Shown here in pieces: positions 1-16,300 of a DNA stretch of 64,000 bases. Both the position numbers and the translations under genes were made by a program. Position 1 is the first letter of the stretch. The number at the start of each line of letters is the position of its first letter. The DNA is from Euglena gracilis. Lineage: Eukaryota. Location: contig CP154954.1 of assembly GCA_039621445.1 (NCBI GenBank), forward strand, positions 43,751,847-43,815,846, read 5' to 3'. The notes beneath the pieces were generated by a model that saw nothing but the letters and a program-made list of their open reading frames with translations, ran no database searches and was not told the origin of the DNA.

Positions 1-730
1 ACGGATTAACAGACGACAAACACACCCGCAAAAAATACGAAATGTCATTGGAAGCGGTTTTACGCTGCACTTTTTGAAAAACCAGAAAAAAGCATAAGGA
101 AAGACCCAAAGGGACTCTAATGGCCCTCATTAAAAATCGCAAGGATGTGAAACCCCTGATGAAACTGAACATCCGGGGCCAACAAGTGGCATAACCATGC
201 CCCACCCTGAATCCATGCCACGTGTTCTCATTTTGAAATTATTGTCTGTTCTTTTTGGTACAACCGCGTGGGTGATCACTGACATTACTCGGAGGGGCAT
301 GACTGCCTGCCGTGATCACAGTCACTACCCTACCCTGTGGACTAACCAGGTGATCACCGGCACTACCCAGTATCTTGATCTCGGTATATACACTCTCCTC
401 CCATCTTTCTTTAGCTGCCCAGTACAATGTGACTCAGCAGTACACCCGAAAGCTATCATCTGCCAAGAAACTGCGTACAATCCATACTGATGATCCCGAC
501 TGCCTGGGTGATCACAGTCGCTACCCACATATGTGCGGCTTCATATCGAAGCGGATTCCCGCTGCCTCTAGTAAAAGCAAAAAGTTGGCTGTCGCCAGTA
601 GGGAACCACAGGACGTATGTGGAGGGGGTGGGCAGTCCCCGCCACATGCGGCTTTTGCTGACCATAGCGAGCGGCAGCCCACTAAGGCATGCAGGTAAAC
701 TACGTGAATGCGTGTGGTTTGGACCGTTTA

Positions 731-1465
731 CACTACGTCTCTCAAGGTTATTCACGTGGCACTGTTTTGAGGTTTTTCACGTGGGTTTAAAAAAAATGAA
801 AAACCGAAAAAATTGTGGCGGTCACTTTCTGTTGGCAGGAAGCTGAACCTGCAGTCCCAAAATACTTATATTTCGTGCCTTGTGGTTCCTGTTCCTTCCC
901 CAGTCACACAATGACCAGATCTCACGCTTGCGGTGAGCTTAGGCGGCGTGTCCGGGCAGAGGTGCTGGCGCATGCCGCACTTGTCCCGCGACCGTTTGCC
1001 ACAGCAATAGCCAGGGCTCCCCACACCAGCCTTCCACCATGAACTTTTTGAGTAGGAACTGTGTAAATTTGCTGACCCCCTGGCCTCCGCAGTCCCCCGG
1101 TTTAAATCCGGTGGAACACTGCTGGGCTTGGCTTGCTTCCCGCCTTGTTGGGAAGCGCTTTTCGTCTTGTGATGAGCTGTGGACAGCTCTCCAACAGGAG
1201 TGGTTCCAGGCCCCTCCTACCTGGTCCCAAATCTGTATGGCAGCATGGTCCGTCGTTTGACGGCTGTGCAGGTGGCCAAGGGCCTGCACACCCGCGATTA
1301 AACAACATAAGAGGCACCAGGGGAGTGTGCCAAGCGATATTTGTCACCCCATGTGCTGCTTTGCCTGCCATTTGGACGTCATCCCACAGAAACAGAATTT
1401 TTTATTTTTTAACCCACGTGAAAACCTTGAAACGGTGCCACGTGAATAAACCTTGAGATGCAGTG
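731..1465 (+). mobile_element. Tc1/mariner-like DNA transposon, internally deleted
   Basis: About 65-bp imperfect TIRs (CACTACGTCTCTCAAGGTTATTCACGTGGCAC... / ...GTGCCACGTGAATAAACCTTGAGATGCAGTG), TA on both sides (729-730, 1466-1467). Internal remnant ARAPHTS...WPPQSPGLNPVEHCW resembles the Tc1 DDE-domain motif WPxxSPDLNPIE. Confidence 0.85.
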
Positions 1466-2625
1466 TAGTATTTTGTGGTCACATCACTCGGTATGAACAA
1501 AGATCATTGAGATTCAAGTCGTAGGTGAAGCGGTTTTCCACTTCATTTTATTCTTTTTGCAACATAAAACTATTTCTTCCACCACAACATTTGGTGATAA
1601 GAACTCTGCCAAGGTCATGTTTGCAGAGGACTTCTCATGGACTCGATGAACTCAGCGGATGTATCGTACTGAAGGCTGAGATACGTGCATGAGCTGTGGT
1701 GGACGATTTTCGCCTTCGGTCCACCACTGTTTCCTCATTCCTGCATTTAGATAACAACAATACGATTGTAGTTCTGTTCATAGTACATGCTACCGGTAAA
1801 CAGTTATGTAGCTCGCGAGTGACATTAAGTATAATGGACAGCTTAATTCTGTAAAGCGTAAATTGTACCTGTGTTTCTGCTAGTTCTGACTGTGCTGTGG
1901 TTTATGTAATATCACAACTATCTGCATCGCTGAAGCGGTATTCCGCTCCATTGTGCATGTGACTTTATTTTTGTTCTTATACTTGCGTGTTTGGTGTTTG
2001 TTTCCAAGACAGTTGTTGTAGGTCGTTGGTTGTCCATAAATCTATATTTTCTGCAACATTTTGCTGTTGCGTAAACCCGCCCCCCCCCCTAATAGAAGCA
2101 CGGAGCCCCTACAAGCGCGGGGTCATTTTGATGGTGATTCTGAAGAAAATAAACAAAAATCAGAAAGGGAGGTCCAAATAGAAGCGCACCTCCCTGTTTT
2201 GGAGATGAAGGTCCGCTATAAGCGCACCTGCGCTTCAAATAGGGGGGGGGTATTTGTTTTATGTTTCTTCTAAAAATAAAATTAAAAATCATCGAAGCGG
2301 TTTTCTGCTTCATCTATTCTGTCATCATAAACGTGAAAAATTTTTGACGTGTAGTGCAATTCGAAAATTTTGGTTGTTTTTCAGAACATTTTTACGGGGT
2401 TCTGGGTGACATTTCAGTCAATTTTTTTCATGGGCAATTTTACGCCGCCTAAGTCTTTGGGCACAAAGAAGGGGGTTGCGCATTAACCGATATCTCTGCA
2501 GGGGTTTGGCACTTTGTGTAATGGAGGACGTAGCAGGCAACCCAACCTCATGACAGACAGTCCTGCCCATGCAGGCTGCGGACTGCCCTCACCAAACTCC
2601 AGACAGGTGCCATAAATACCATTCA

Positions 2626-2967
<342 letters not shown>

Positions 2968-5402
2968 CATGCAAGGTTGGGTTCTGCTTGGACCCGTGAA
3001 ATCAGCCCCTGACCACCCCTCACAGGTGGACAGCACTCTGCACAGGTAGGAAGATGGCAGCAAACAATCCCAACTGACTGCAGAGCCACGTCGCTCGGTT
3101 GTTCACCCAGCACGGCAGCCCCTGCATATGCCACCACGCATATGTCACACCCCAGTGTCACTCCTGGCCGCCTCCGCTTCCCTCCCTTTGGCTGCAACCA
3201 TGCCGCTTTGGCCTCTGGCCCTTTGCCACACGCGCTGCGGTCCGCCCGGCAACCTGGGCCCACCCCCTTTTCAGTCCCAGTCAGGGAAGAGAGCCTCCCA
3301 TCTCTCTTTGTTGTTGACGATGGGTCATGTGTGTGTGTGTTTTGTGTGTGTATTTGTCCACGTGTGTGTGTGTGTGGGTATGTGGGTGCGGGTGTGGGTG
3401 TGGGTGTGGGTGTGGGTGTGGGTGTGGGTGTGGGTGTGGGTGTGGGTGTGGGTGCGGGTGTGGGTGTGGGTGTGGGTGTGAGTGTGGGGGGGGTGGGGGT
3501 GTTTGACCTAACAGCTGGCTTTACAGGCAGAACACCCTGTCAATCTTGTCCGGAATCCCTTGCCTGTGTCCACAGACCGTTGCAACAATTTCGCACCAGC
3601 CCGGAGTCCTCGCCAAGGCAACACGCAGGTGGCATCTCACGGCCGTGGCCCCAGCCCGCGCCGTGCCCTGGCACCAACAGGACCGCCGTCTTCCGACCTG
3701 GGCAAGTTATATCCTTCCTGGCCACCTCTGGCCACCGGCGTTTGGCTTGCTTAGCCCCTGCCTCTGTCCCCAGGACGTCCGACGTGGGCACCACTGTGGG
3801 GGTCTTCTCCCCCAGGCACCGGTGTGTGCCGCAGGTTGGGTGGGGGGGGCTCTTCCTCGACCCATGTGGGGCCCGCATCCATTGCACAACACACAAACGC
3901 ACAGCCCACAGCCCCAGCCATAGCGCCACCGCCGTTGCGTGGCCGCAGATATGACCAGGCCAAGCTGGTACCCCTGCCTGCTGCTGGAAACCTTGCAACT
4001 GTTGGCTTGAAAACATTTGCCTCTGGCTCTGGACTGATTTTGTCGCACCCCCAGGGGGATGAAGTGCATCTAAAGGGATGAAGGCCTGACCCCAGCCATG
4101 CATTTTGAGAATCAACCCGGCCCACCTACCCACCCTAAGAGGCCAGGCATCACAGGGTCTGAGTGGTCTTCATTGTTGGCTGCTTGTCAAAAAAGACGGA
4201 TATTTTGAAGTTCCGGATTTATTCCGGGCATTGTTCCTTTTCTTCATTGCCATTGTTGTGCAATGTGGAACCATGGGGGTTGTGGGGATAGGATGGGGTT
4301 GGGGGCCTCCTCGCCCTGTGCCACCGATCCAGGCAGGCGTGCGCTGGCAGCTGGTGGCATGATTGGCCTGCGTCCGTAGCCGGCACTGTGTGGCCTTCCC
4401 AGACCCAGACCCATCCCGGTGGGGTGTTGTTGCCCCTCCCGCGGCGACATTCCGTGCCACCCGCGCCCCAGCCAGAGTTGGACGAGAAACCCAGAAACCC
4501 TGTGGAGGGTGGGCACCCCCCCCCTCCCTGCCATCATCCTGTCATCGTGGTTGGTGGGCCCCCCTTCCCGTTTTTTTTCTTCCCCAGGGGCGGCAATATC
4601 CATGTCAAAACTTTTTTCTTCAAAGCTTTCGGCGCCAAAGGAAAGTTCCCTCGCAGTGCGTTGGTTGGTGGGGGGGGTCCGACACCAAAACCTTCCCGTC
4701 CAGCCATGTCCCCAACCCCTCTTGCCATCGGCTCCCTTCACCAGAGGGAGGAAAGGGAAAATGAGAGGGGCAGGGAGGGGGACAGTGAACAGTTCTGCTG
4801 TACGGTGTAGTGTACTGTTGCGCATGGATGTCCGTCACATTCTTCCTTGCTCTGCCGCTTCCATCGGACGTGAAGTTTGGTGTAAGTGTCTGCGGGTATT
4901 TTCTGTTGACGCCGTAGGTGTTGAAGACAGTGGGATTCAATTGTTTTATGCCCCTGTGCGACAATTTCCTGCTTCAATTTTTGGGGGGCCATTCCCCTTT
5001 GTTTCTGCCTTGTTTCCACAACACCCAGCCGGAGAGTCAGCCTGGAAATCCAGCATTCTCAGAGTGAAACAATCCCAAAAATTCAGAAATGTTGTCGTCC
5101 GCCAATCAATGTAATCATTGCTGGGGTCCTCAGCAAGTATCCATGCCTCCCACCCTCTGTGGGGGGGGTGCTTTTGAACCACTTTGGTCCTGCCTCTCCA
5201 CGTTCTGGGAATCAGAGAGATTTGGGTCTGAGGAACCGGACATTAAAGAAATGCAACACCGTCAGTTTTGCATCCTGTGCTACGCTGTTGCCTGGGAGCC
5301 AGTTCAAAACCCTCCCTCCCCACCCCCCATCCATCCCGCCTTCCTCTTCTCAGACATCGACGTTAAACCCGGCTTCGTTTGGGCCGCCCTCTGCTGCGCA
5401 CG

Positions 5403-7721
<2,319 letters not shown>

Positions 7722-9497
7722 CCGGAAACCCTGGAACTGCATTTTTTTTGCCCAGGACCCAGCTCCTCAAGGACCTCCCTCAGGTGAAAAGGCTGTCCAA
7801 GGGCGAAAATTGTAAGGTCAAGTTCACCCCTTTTTTTGGCATTTTGGATGGTGGGCCGTTGCTTAAGCGCAGCCTTTTTTCCAGCCTCGGACACCCCTCC
7901 CCCCATTGACAAGTTTTATTTATTTTCCAAGGATGTCTGGATGGACGGCAACACATTGCTTGCTTTCGAGGTGCAAAAAGTTTGCCAAATGGGCAAAAAG
8001 TGGCTTGTGAAAGGCCACCCAGGCAATTTTCGGGTTTTTTTTGTATAACTGGCAGTTTTTGGGGGCATTTTTTTCGAAACTGAACACAAAACAAACAAGA
8101 AACACAATTTTTTTACCCTCTTCGAACCCAACTATGGGGTCAGCCCAGCTTTTTCCAGCCGGCCCAAATTTTCGAATTTACGAGCTGGATTCCTGCAGGG
8201 TTGAAAAGCCCTTCGGTTTTGAGGTAAATCCAACTGAACCAGTGCCAGCGAGTCCAGGGGCAGCCTTTTGGACCACATTGGATTTTCATATCCTTCCCCC
8301 AATGCGTGAAAAAGTGAGTTTGCCAGGGGTGCGCACCATTGGAAGTGCCAGAATCCTGAAGGATTTGAAGTTCCCACCACGAGAGGGCTGTGCCTCTCGT
8401 GGCGGATGCGAATAAACTGTGGCGGATTAACAGATTAATGCGGATTAACTGTGGCCAACAGTTAATCCGCATTTGGTTACAGATCTTCATTTTAGAAGGA
8501 TCAAGTGCCATAGCTGGTGGCACTGTCCTGGCATTTTTTTCCTTGCAAGAAAATGAAACTTCCTGGTTAGCACCCTGGTTGTTGAGTGGGGTGCCGGCAT
8601 TCCGTTTGGCCCTATTGACGGTTGCATCATGGGCTGGGTTGCGTATTGTGTTAGAGGTTCCTGATATTTGGACGGAAATATTGGTATTGTTTGCCCAGTG
8701 AGGCCCAGTACGGTGCGTGTCCACCCGCAGATTGATAAGCAATGGGCTTGGGTCTATTTGTTGGGTGGAATGCGTCTGTTTGTGGTGTGGGATTGGGGGT
8801 GGGATGACTACACCTAAACCCCCCATAATAGGATTAATATATACACATAATAGGAATTTATGGGTCGGTTGCTGGAAAGCCCGAGGGGGGTCTTATTCAT
8901 GGGGGGGGGTCTATTTTATTGATTTTTGCTGGAAAAGTTTTTGGACACCCCAAAATGTCCAAAAAAACGACCCCCAAAATACCAATTGTCGAAGAATTCG
9001 GCGCTTCGTGCCAGACAATAGGAGAAAATATGCTGAGTTGTGTGAAAATTGTTCCAAAATGGCAGATATATCCCCCAAAATGCCCCATTTTTTCAAAAAT
9101 CCAGCGCTTCGCGCCGGCAGGGGGGGGGTCTATTTATGGGGAGGTTCATTTCATGGATTTTTGCTCGGACCAGCCAGGAAGGGTCTTATTTATGGGGGGG
9201 CTTATTTTTTGGGGGGGGTTACATTCATGAATGTGGTGTGATGGCCTACACCCATTGCTGTGATGTGGTGCTTCTCCTTCACTGGGAACCCCAGCATGCA
9301 GATTTGAATGGCGGGCACCACATCTATGCACAGGTATTTGCCGTCCGGCGGAGTGGAGACAGTCAATTTCACTTTTTCTGATGTACGTGGGTTGGAATTA
9401 TCACCCCAGAATGGTGAACTCTAACTCAGTAACTCTCAACCCCCCCTTGCGCACCGCATCCGTGGGTGTGGTGTAGGTGGCTGCCGGCATGGGCCCC

Positions 9498-9513
9498 CCC
9501 TTCCGACCCCCAG
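9498..9513 (+). promoter_or_regulatory. Candidate spliced-leader trans-splice acceptor (pyrimidine-rich + CAG)
   Basis: CCCTTCCGACCCCCAG ends 23 nt upstream of the ATG at 9537. An analogous TTCCT(C/G)TTCTCAG precedes the other gene (ends 5353 and 34553). Inferred from euglenozoan SL trans-splicing. Confidence 0.35.
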
Positions 9514-9536
9514 ACCTCCCTGGTCCCACCCCTGCC

Positions 9537-12500
9537 ATGCCGACCCACCACCCCAGCTACACGGGCTCCGACCGGTCCACCAGCCACGGCCACATGCTCA
9601 TCGACAGCGCGGTGCTGGAGGCGCTGCCGCAGAACCCGCAGGAGGACATCGTGCCCGTGTTCGTGGAGGTGCCATTCGGGGCGGGGGGCGGCCGTGCCAC
9701 CGAGAGCAGGCCGGTTGTCTTTCATGGATGGATTATCGTTGAGTGGCATGGAGTGGTCCCCCGGGTCCCGGGTGGTTGGATCATATTTGGTTCGTGGTGC
9801 TTGTGAATGGAGGCTTTTTTCGGCATCCCTTTTCTCCAAGTAGGTTCCCTTCCCATGCTTTCCGGGGTGTGCCCTCCCCATTCATGGGATTGAGCTTGCC
9901 CATTTTTGGGGGGTTGGAAAGAGCACAGAACAGCCAAGCCCAAAGAGGGGAATTGATCTTCAAAATTGAGGAATCTATTGCAATGGCGCCACCCTTGGCC
10001 ACCCGTGGGCCAACCACAGTAAGCACTGCAATAAGAGCTCTTCAGACCAGAAGCCCGAGGGTTGGGGGACCCTCCTCCCCTTTGCACCGCCGGCCCCCTC
10101 GGTGACCCCCAACAAGTACGAGCTGGAGAAGGACTGGGGCCTGCTGACCCTGGACCGCGTCCTGCACAGCTCCGTGTTCTACCCCGGGGACTACGGCTTC
10201 GTCCCCAACACCCTGTGCGGCGATGGCGACCCTTCGAGGTCACTGCTGGCCAACTCGCTGGCCATTTGGGATAAATACCTTAGGTGGCGTATCTCGCACT
10301 TAAGCTTTTTTAGGTCGATGTGCGCATTTTCGCACACCACCGGCGTTGCAAGTGGTGAGGGTGAGAGGCAGAAGCATTGGACAAATATGAGCGATTTCTC
10401 ATTTTGGGCACTGGCTTTCCTGGGAATTACGTGTTTTTTTTGCTGTTTTTTTTTTGAGGTCAGAATGACACGAAAACCCCCGGACCTACCCCCCCCTCAA
10501 AGTGGGAAAAAACACCGACAAAAACACCAAAGTTCCGGTGCCACCTCCCCCCATTCCCTGTGTGACAACTGCCAGCGCCAGGTGGTGCTCTGGAGGTGGG
10601 GTGGCAGGTCGACCCACCTCTTTGCTTGCTTTCTGAAGTTTTGCGGCACATTGTGGGGGTTTTTGAAGTTAGCCACAGAAGGAGTGGAAGTGCACATGCA
10701 ACATAAACAATGGACTGTTCGAGAATTCTGCCACAGGGGTCTCATGAGGGGGATAAAGAACACAGGAGGATTGCCACCAGTTTTCTGTTGAATTCAGTGG
10801 CAAGTTGCCCATCAATGCCCTGCTGCTGTTTAAGGCTCCGTGGCTGTGCTCAAATGCACACATGGACGATGTGCGCATTTGCACAGACCAACCATTTTCA
10901 AACCAACTGAGAGCCTCCAATGGCAGTGTGTTTGGAGTTGGAAAATGAATGTGACAACACTGTGATTTTACCTCCCTTGTATTCCTGTGGTGCTGGACCC
11001 CCTTTGTTGAATTGCTGGTATGTTTGGGCTTGGTGTGCGCAAATGCGCGCATCAACCATTAAAATGGTTGCTTTTCACAATTGTGGGCACCAACCAGAAT
11101 TCCTTTTCATTTTGAAGCCTTGGCAACCGTGACTTCTGAGACGAAGGATCGAAACAGGGTGTTGTAAGGTGTACTTGAGGAGGTCAAATGAAGCGTGTCA
11201 GTGCATTGCATTATGTGGCACCCTGAACACAGGGGTTTTCAAGTCAGCATACACATCCATTTTCAGCCAATGTACTGTACCTCATTTTTTGGACTAAAAT
11301 ACTGGGGGTGAAGGGCACTTCTAAGATTAGTTTTTTTCAGGATAAAACCTGAAAATGTCGTTTGTTTTGATGTTTCAGGGTCCAAGAATGGTTTTTCACA
11401 GCTTCAATTGCTGATGCCCAAATTCGGGCCCGCAGGCTGGCCGTTCTATTGTGTAAATTTGTAAATTTTACAGAATACCTCGCACGTAAGGATTTCCAAA
11501 GTGCAGTGGTGCCACACCCTCCAAATGGTACGTGTGTTAAGTTGCACAAGTGGGTGTTGTGTGCAGATGAGCCAACCCACCAAACAGACTGTTTTTCGCA
11601 TTTGCACAAGCCAGCCGCTTGTACAATTTTGCAAAGATATCAATTGCAGCTGGCACACATGGTCCTTTCACACTTACACAAACGGTTGGTGTGCGCATTT
11701 GCGCACACCGCCCATTTGCGCATTTGCCCACACCGATCGCCAATTTCTCAAACAGCTAAGTTGCAGGGTATCGCTTCAGGCTTAGACGCAGCTCACCAAA
11801 TCATTCAGTCAATATCCTGTTAACGAGACAGCCATTGTTCAAAACACACCTGCTGGACGTTGTGTGTATCATATGCTGCGGTTACACCTGCTCTTATGCA
11901 CTACTATTTGCCAAAGCCCCAGCTTCCATCTCCTCGTCCTGGCACAGCACATCCTGCCTACATTTTTGGGTTTTTGGGGCCATATCTTGTCATTTTTGTT
12001 AAAAAAGATGTCCATGTATGCGTTAGTGCACATTAACAAAGAAAAAAAGCTTAAGTGCGAGATGTGCCGCCAAAGAATACCTCGTTTGCTGGGCATTTTA
12101 TTCTTGTTGGTGCCTTTTCTTTTCCTTTTTTTCCCTGTATTTCTCATTCTTTATGTTTTTTGAAAACGCTGCAGGTTGAATCCACTGCATTATTTGTATG
12201 AAGGCTCAAAAGCATTTTCATTTCTGGAAACTGGAGGGACAAAAGACAAAAGATTATGTCTCAAAACCGTCTTGATTTATCTCATTTAATGCCATTTTGC
12301 AAAACTGAATGATCCCCAAACGTTAGCCTTATTTAATGTCTTAAACACACGCCCATACACACACACATACTGCCAGTGAAAGACTGTCTGCTATGCACTC
12401 CCGGCCAGCGGCTCCGTTGAGCGGTGCCCTCGCCACCAATCGACGTGCTCATCCTGTCCAACTACCCCCTGACGCCGGGCGTCGTGGCGGATGCCCGCAT

Positions 12501-13386
12501 CATCGGAGTGATGGACATGGAGGACGAGAAGGGGCAGGGCCAGGCCCCTGGGCCCTGTGCAGGAGCCCCTCCCTTTTTATCGGGAGACTCCCCTCCCCTC
12601 CGTCCACACCCGTGCCACTTCTCTGCGACGTGATGGGTCCCCGTTCAGCCCTCGTGCCCCCCTCACCCACTGTCCCCAACAACCCCCAACAACATCCCTA
12701 ACATTCAGCGGTGCGTAGCCCGGTGGGTGGCCAGGACCTTGCCTGCCCAGGACCAGAAGCTGCTGGCGGTGGTCCACAAGGACCCCCGCTCTGACACGAT
12801 CCGGGACCTGCCCGATCTCCCACCCAGGGTCCGGACCTCCGCCGCCGCAGGCGGAAGCACCGGCTTTCCCCTCGCTGGGTCCTGCACCTGCTTCTACCAC
12901 CAGAGGAAGAAGTGGGACCATTTGCAACCGACTGTGGGTCCTCCGGTGTGTCTGCTTGGACAGGCACTCCAAGGCACCCAGATCCGACGCCTGGGGGCGG
13001 GTAGAGTCCCTACCCAAAGTGCCTGGCACTCTGACGCGGAAGGCGCCGCAAGCCCAGAAAAGGCCCATTTTGAAATATTTTGGCCCACGACCAGGCAGCT
13101 ACCGATCCCCAGGCAGCCAGGGGGAAGTGCTTGCCGGCCCGCTGACCCCCCCCCCCAGTGTTGGTCGAATTCAGCCTGCTCCAACCCCCCCCCCCCCCGC
13201 CCACCCATCCTGCCCTGCCGCCGTCACACTGCATGCGGGAGATCCAGCACTTCTTTGCCAACTACAAGCGGCTGGAGTCCAAGCCCGGCCACGTGAAGTG
13301 GGCCAAGGTGAGCGGCTTCCACGGCCGTGAGCGAGCCCTGCAGGACCTCCGCGACTCCCGCCAGATGTACCTCGCCCGCCGCCCCT
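9537..13386 (+). CDS. ppa: PPase domain 1 (exons 1-5)
   Basis: [55 protein letters not shown]...[13 protein letters not shown]...[13 protein letters not shown]. All canonical catalytic residues present. Confidence 0.92.
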
Positions 13387-16300
13387 GACAGCCTTCCTGA
13401 AGGGGGTGGTTTGTCCCCCCCCCCCGGAAGTGGTTGTCATCCTGGCGAGGCTATAATCTGCCCTTTGGAAGTTGCCGCGAGGGTCTGTATTGGAAGCATC
13501 AGGTCAGGATTTTCCCCGCCTTTAGTTAACAACCGCCCAAAGGGCCTCATCGGGTGGCCAAGTAACAAAAATCACCCCAAAAAAAAACAGAAAATCCAAA
13601 AGTATTTTCTTCAACGTTGATGATTGCTGTCATGCTGGTAAGTCCTCAAAAGGCCTAAGTTGTGGGCTTGTGCCCAGTTGTTTGTCAGCTGAAGACTTTC
13701 AGCTGACAACTTTGTCAAGGCGCAATGAAGATTGTGCTGCCTTTGGTCCTTGTGTGCGTTTCGTATAATGTAATAGTTTTTGGTGGGTGAGCAAGGACAG
13801 CGTAAAGCCAGTTTTCTCTGCCCTCGTTTTTGGGGGGCTGTTCCTTGCATGAATGCGCCTGTGCTCAGCGCGGCGACCTCGAACACAAGAAGTCGGAGGC
13901 CGCCACGGAGGGGGAGGAAGGCGCCCAAAACCGTTGCGAGCAGCCGCCAGTGGACTTCCACCACGCGCCCCGCGACCTGTTCGGCGTGACCCGCGCCGGG
14001 CAGGCCCCCCGATACGACATGTTCCCGGCCCACGGCTGGGCAAGCCATGTCGTTTGGGTGGCTCCCTCGCAGTGGAGTGGCAGGGGAGGGGCATTTCTGC
14101 CTCGACCCCAGGCCCTCTGTCTCATCTGGATAGCTTTTTTTCGTTGTTTATTTTTTTAAGCACTCGCATCGGATAAACCTGCTCCTCCTGCTCATGACTG
14201 TAACGTCCCAGGAGGGCCTCGCCGTGCCCGGGACATCGTGCAGGCGTACATCGAGTGCCCTAAGGGGGCCAACAACAAGTACGAGTTCGACGACGAGACG
14301 GGCTGCGTGCGCCTGGACCGCGTGCTGCACTCCGCGGTGTTCTACCCGTACGACTACGGCTTCATCCCGCGCACCCTGTGCGGCGACGGCGACCCCCTCG
14401 ACATCCTGGTGCTGTCCAGCCAGGGGGGGTTGACCCTCCTCCCCGGACCAGATCAGAGACAATCAACTGTGGTTGCTTTCCGAGGGGGGGGGTGTTGCCA
14501 TGGGAGGTTGGCTCACGTTTTGTTGGCTGTGGCAGGGCCATCCAAGCTACTTCATCTCAACTGACTGGTGTTTGGATTGTGGCCGGCCACGGCTGGCTGC
14601 TTTTCCAACCAACGGGGGGACACATTTTTCTGTGTTTGGATCACCTTCGGCTGCGGCCAGCCTCAGCCAGCCAGCCGACCAATTGTTGAGTAATTCCGCA
14701 GTTGATGAAATTATTTAAAGGAATAGGGTTACGGTTAGGATTCTAATAAAAACAGTTGGACCTGTCCATTATTACATTGGTCTCCACAAGGTGCACAGCA
14801 AACCCAAAGAGCCACCCAACTAGGGCAAAATGGGTGGACCCGATCGACGCGCCAAAGGCACCGACTGAGGGTTCTCCATGTGTATTACCCCTATTTGGGC
14901 GGCTGTCTGGGGCAACTGGTACCCAGCAGGGGCCAATTTATCACGCAAATATGACCACACATTGCAATCTGGGGGAGCTCTCTGGTTGGGCTCATGTCCG
15001 GCCGCAGCTGGCTGCGGCCGGCTGCAGTTCCAAGCATTGCATTGCCAGCAACGTCCATGGTTGGATTTCTGGCTGGTGGCGGCTGACCGCCGCGGGTGCC
15101 AAATTCCAACCAGATAATTTTTCTTTGAACTCGGTTGGCCGTGGCCGACAAACCAAACGCAACCCAACCTCCCACAGCAAACCTCCCGCTGATCTCCACC
15201 GGATCCTCATTTTTTTTCAGTTACATGCCAATGCTTTTTGTTGTGTTTTGCACACTCAGCAGTGCTAAGGTATTTTCAAACCGCGCATCCACACACATGC
15301 AGACCATACACGCCAACCACCCACCCACCCACCCACCCACCCACCCACCCACCCACCCACCCACAGACACAACCACACACAACACACACAAACACACAAT
15401 ACACAACACACTGACCCACCCACACCCACCTACCCCCCCCTTTCTCTTTGATGGGCACGAAGACCAAAATGCACAGAACCGAACAAAAGACGGAGGCACA
15501 CATTCATGCGCCTCAGCCCATTCTCAACCACAACGACTGCCCAGTGACACAACTGATGCGTACCACCTCCACCCAATTTCCCCGCACCTCGGCAAAGTGT
15601 CCGGCACCCCAGCCTCTCGAAGTCCCCCTCTGCCCCCACCTTCTCCCTCGCCCCGGGCACGGTGGCCGACGCGCGCGTCATCGGAGTGCTGGACATGGCG
15701 GACGAGAAGGGCGCCGACGCAAAGCTGCTGGCCGTGGTCCACCAGGACCCCCGCTTCCTGGAGGTCAACGACCTGCCCCCGGTGGGTTTTAACCTCTCCC
15801 AAAACAAGACCCCCTCGACTGATTTTCAGCAGAAAAAGCCCAGAAAAACCAGACCCCCCCGAAATGAGACCCTCCCAGGATTCTTGAAAGATTTCAAAAG
15901 ACAAACTCCCTGAATTTGTAAAAGTGCACCACAATGTGCGATTTATTCGTTTTTTTTTATTTGCCATTTTTTCAGTGGTTGAATGTGGCATTTTTGAGAA
16001 TTTTTTCGCTCATTTCCAAGAATCTTGCTTTTTTTGAATCTGCTTTTGGACTCTCCCGTGGGAACTCTTTTTTGAACGATTTTACAGCAAAAATCGAAAA
16101 AATGGACCACCCCCCAAAACAAGACCTCTTTTGGGATTTTCAGCAACGGACCCAAAAAGAGGATCCACGGTCTTATATTTGGGTGGGATTTGGCCCTCTT
16201 GGCAGCCAGACATCGTTTGGCAACTCTATCCTCCAGGGGGTTGCTGTGTCGCACACTCCTCCTATTGATGTCTCGTTTGGGTCTGCCCCTCCCGCATCGG

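Noticed and set aside
8236-8265. Peptide PVPASPG identical to the translation at about 38459-38479, suggesting exon 5 of paralog A
   Set aside because: In copy B that stretch is the intron 3' stem, the DNA differs at most third positions, and the flanks do not align; treated as coincidence.
8140-8826. 228-aa minus-strand ORF
   Set aside because: No recognisable motif and composition unlike the GC3-rich exons; possibly TE debris.
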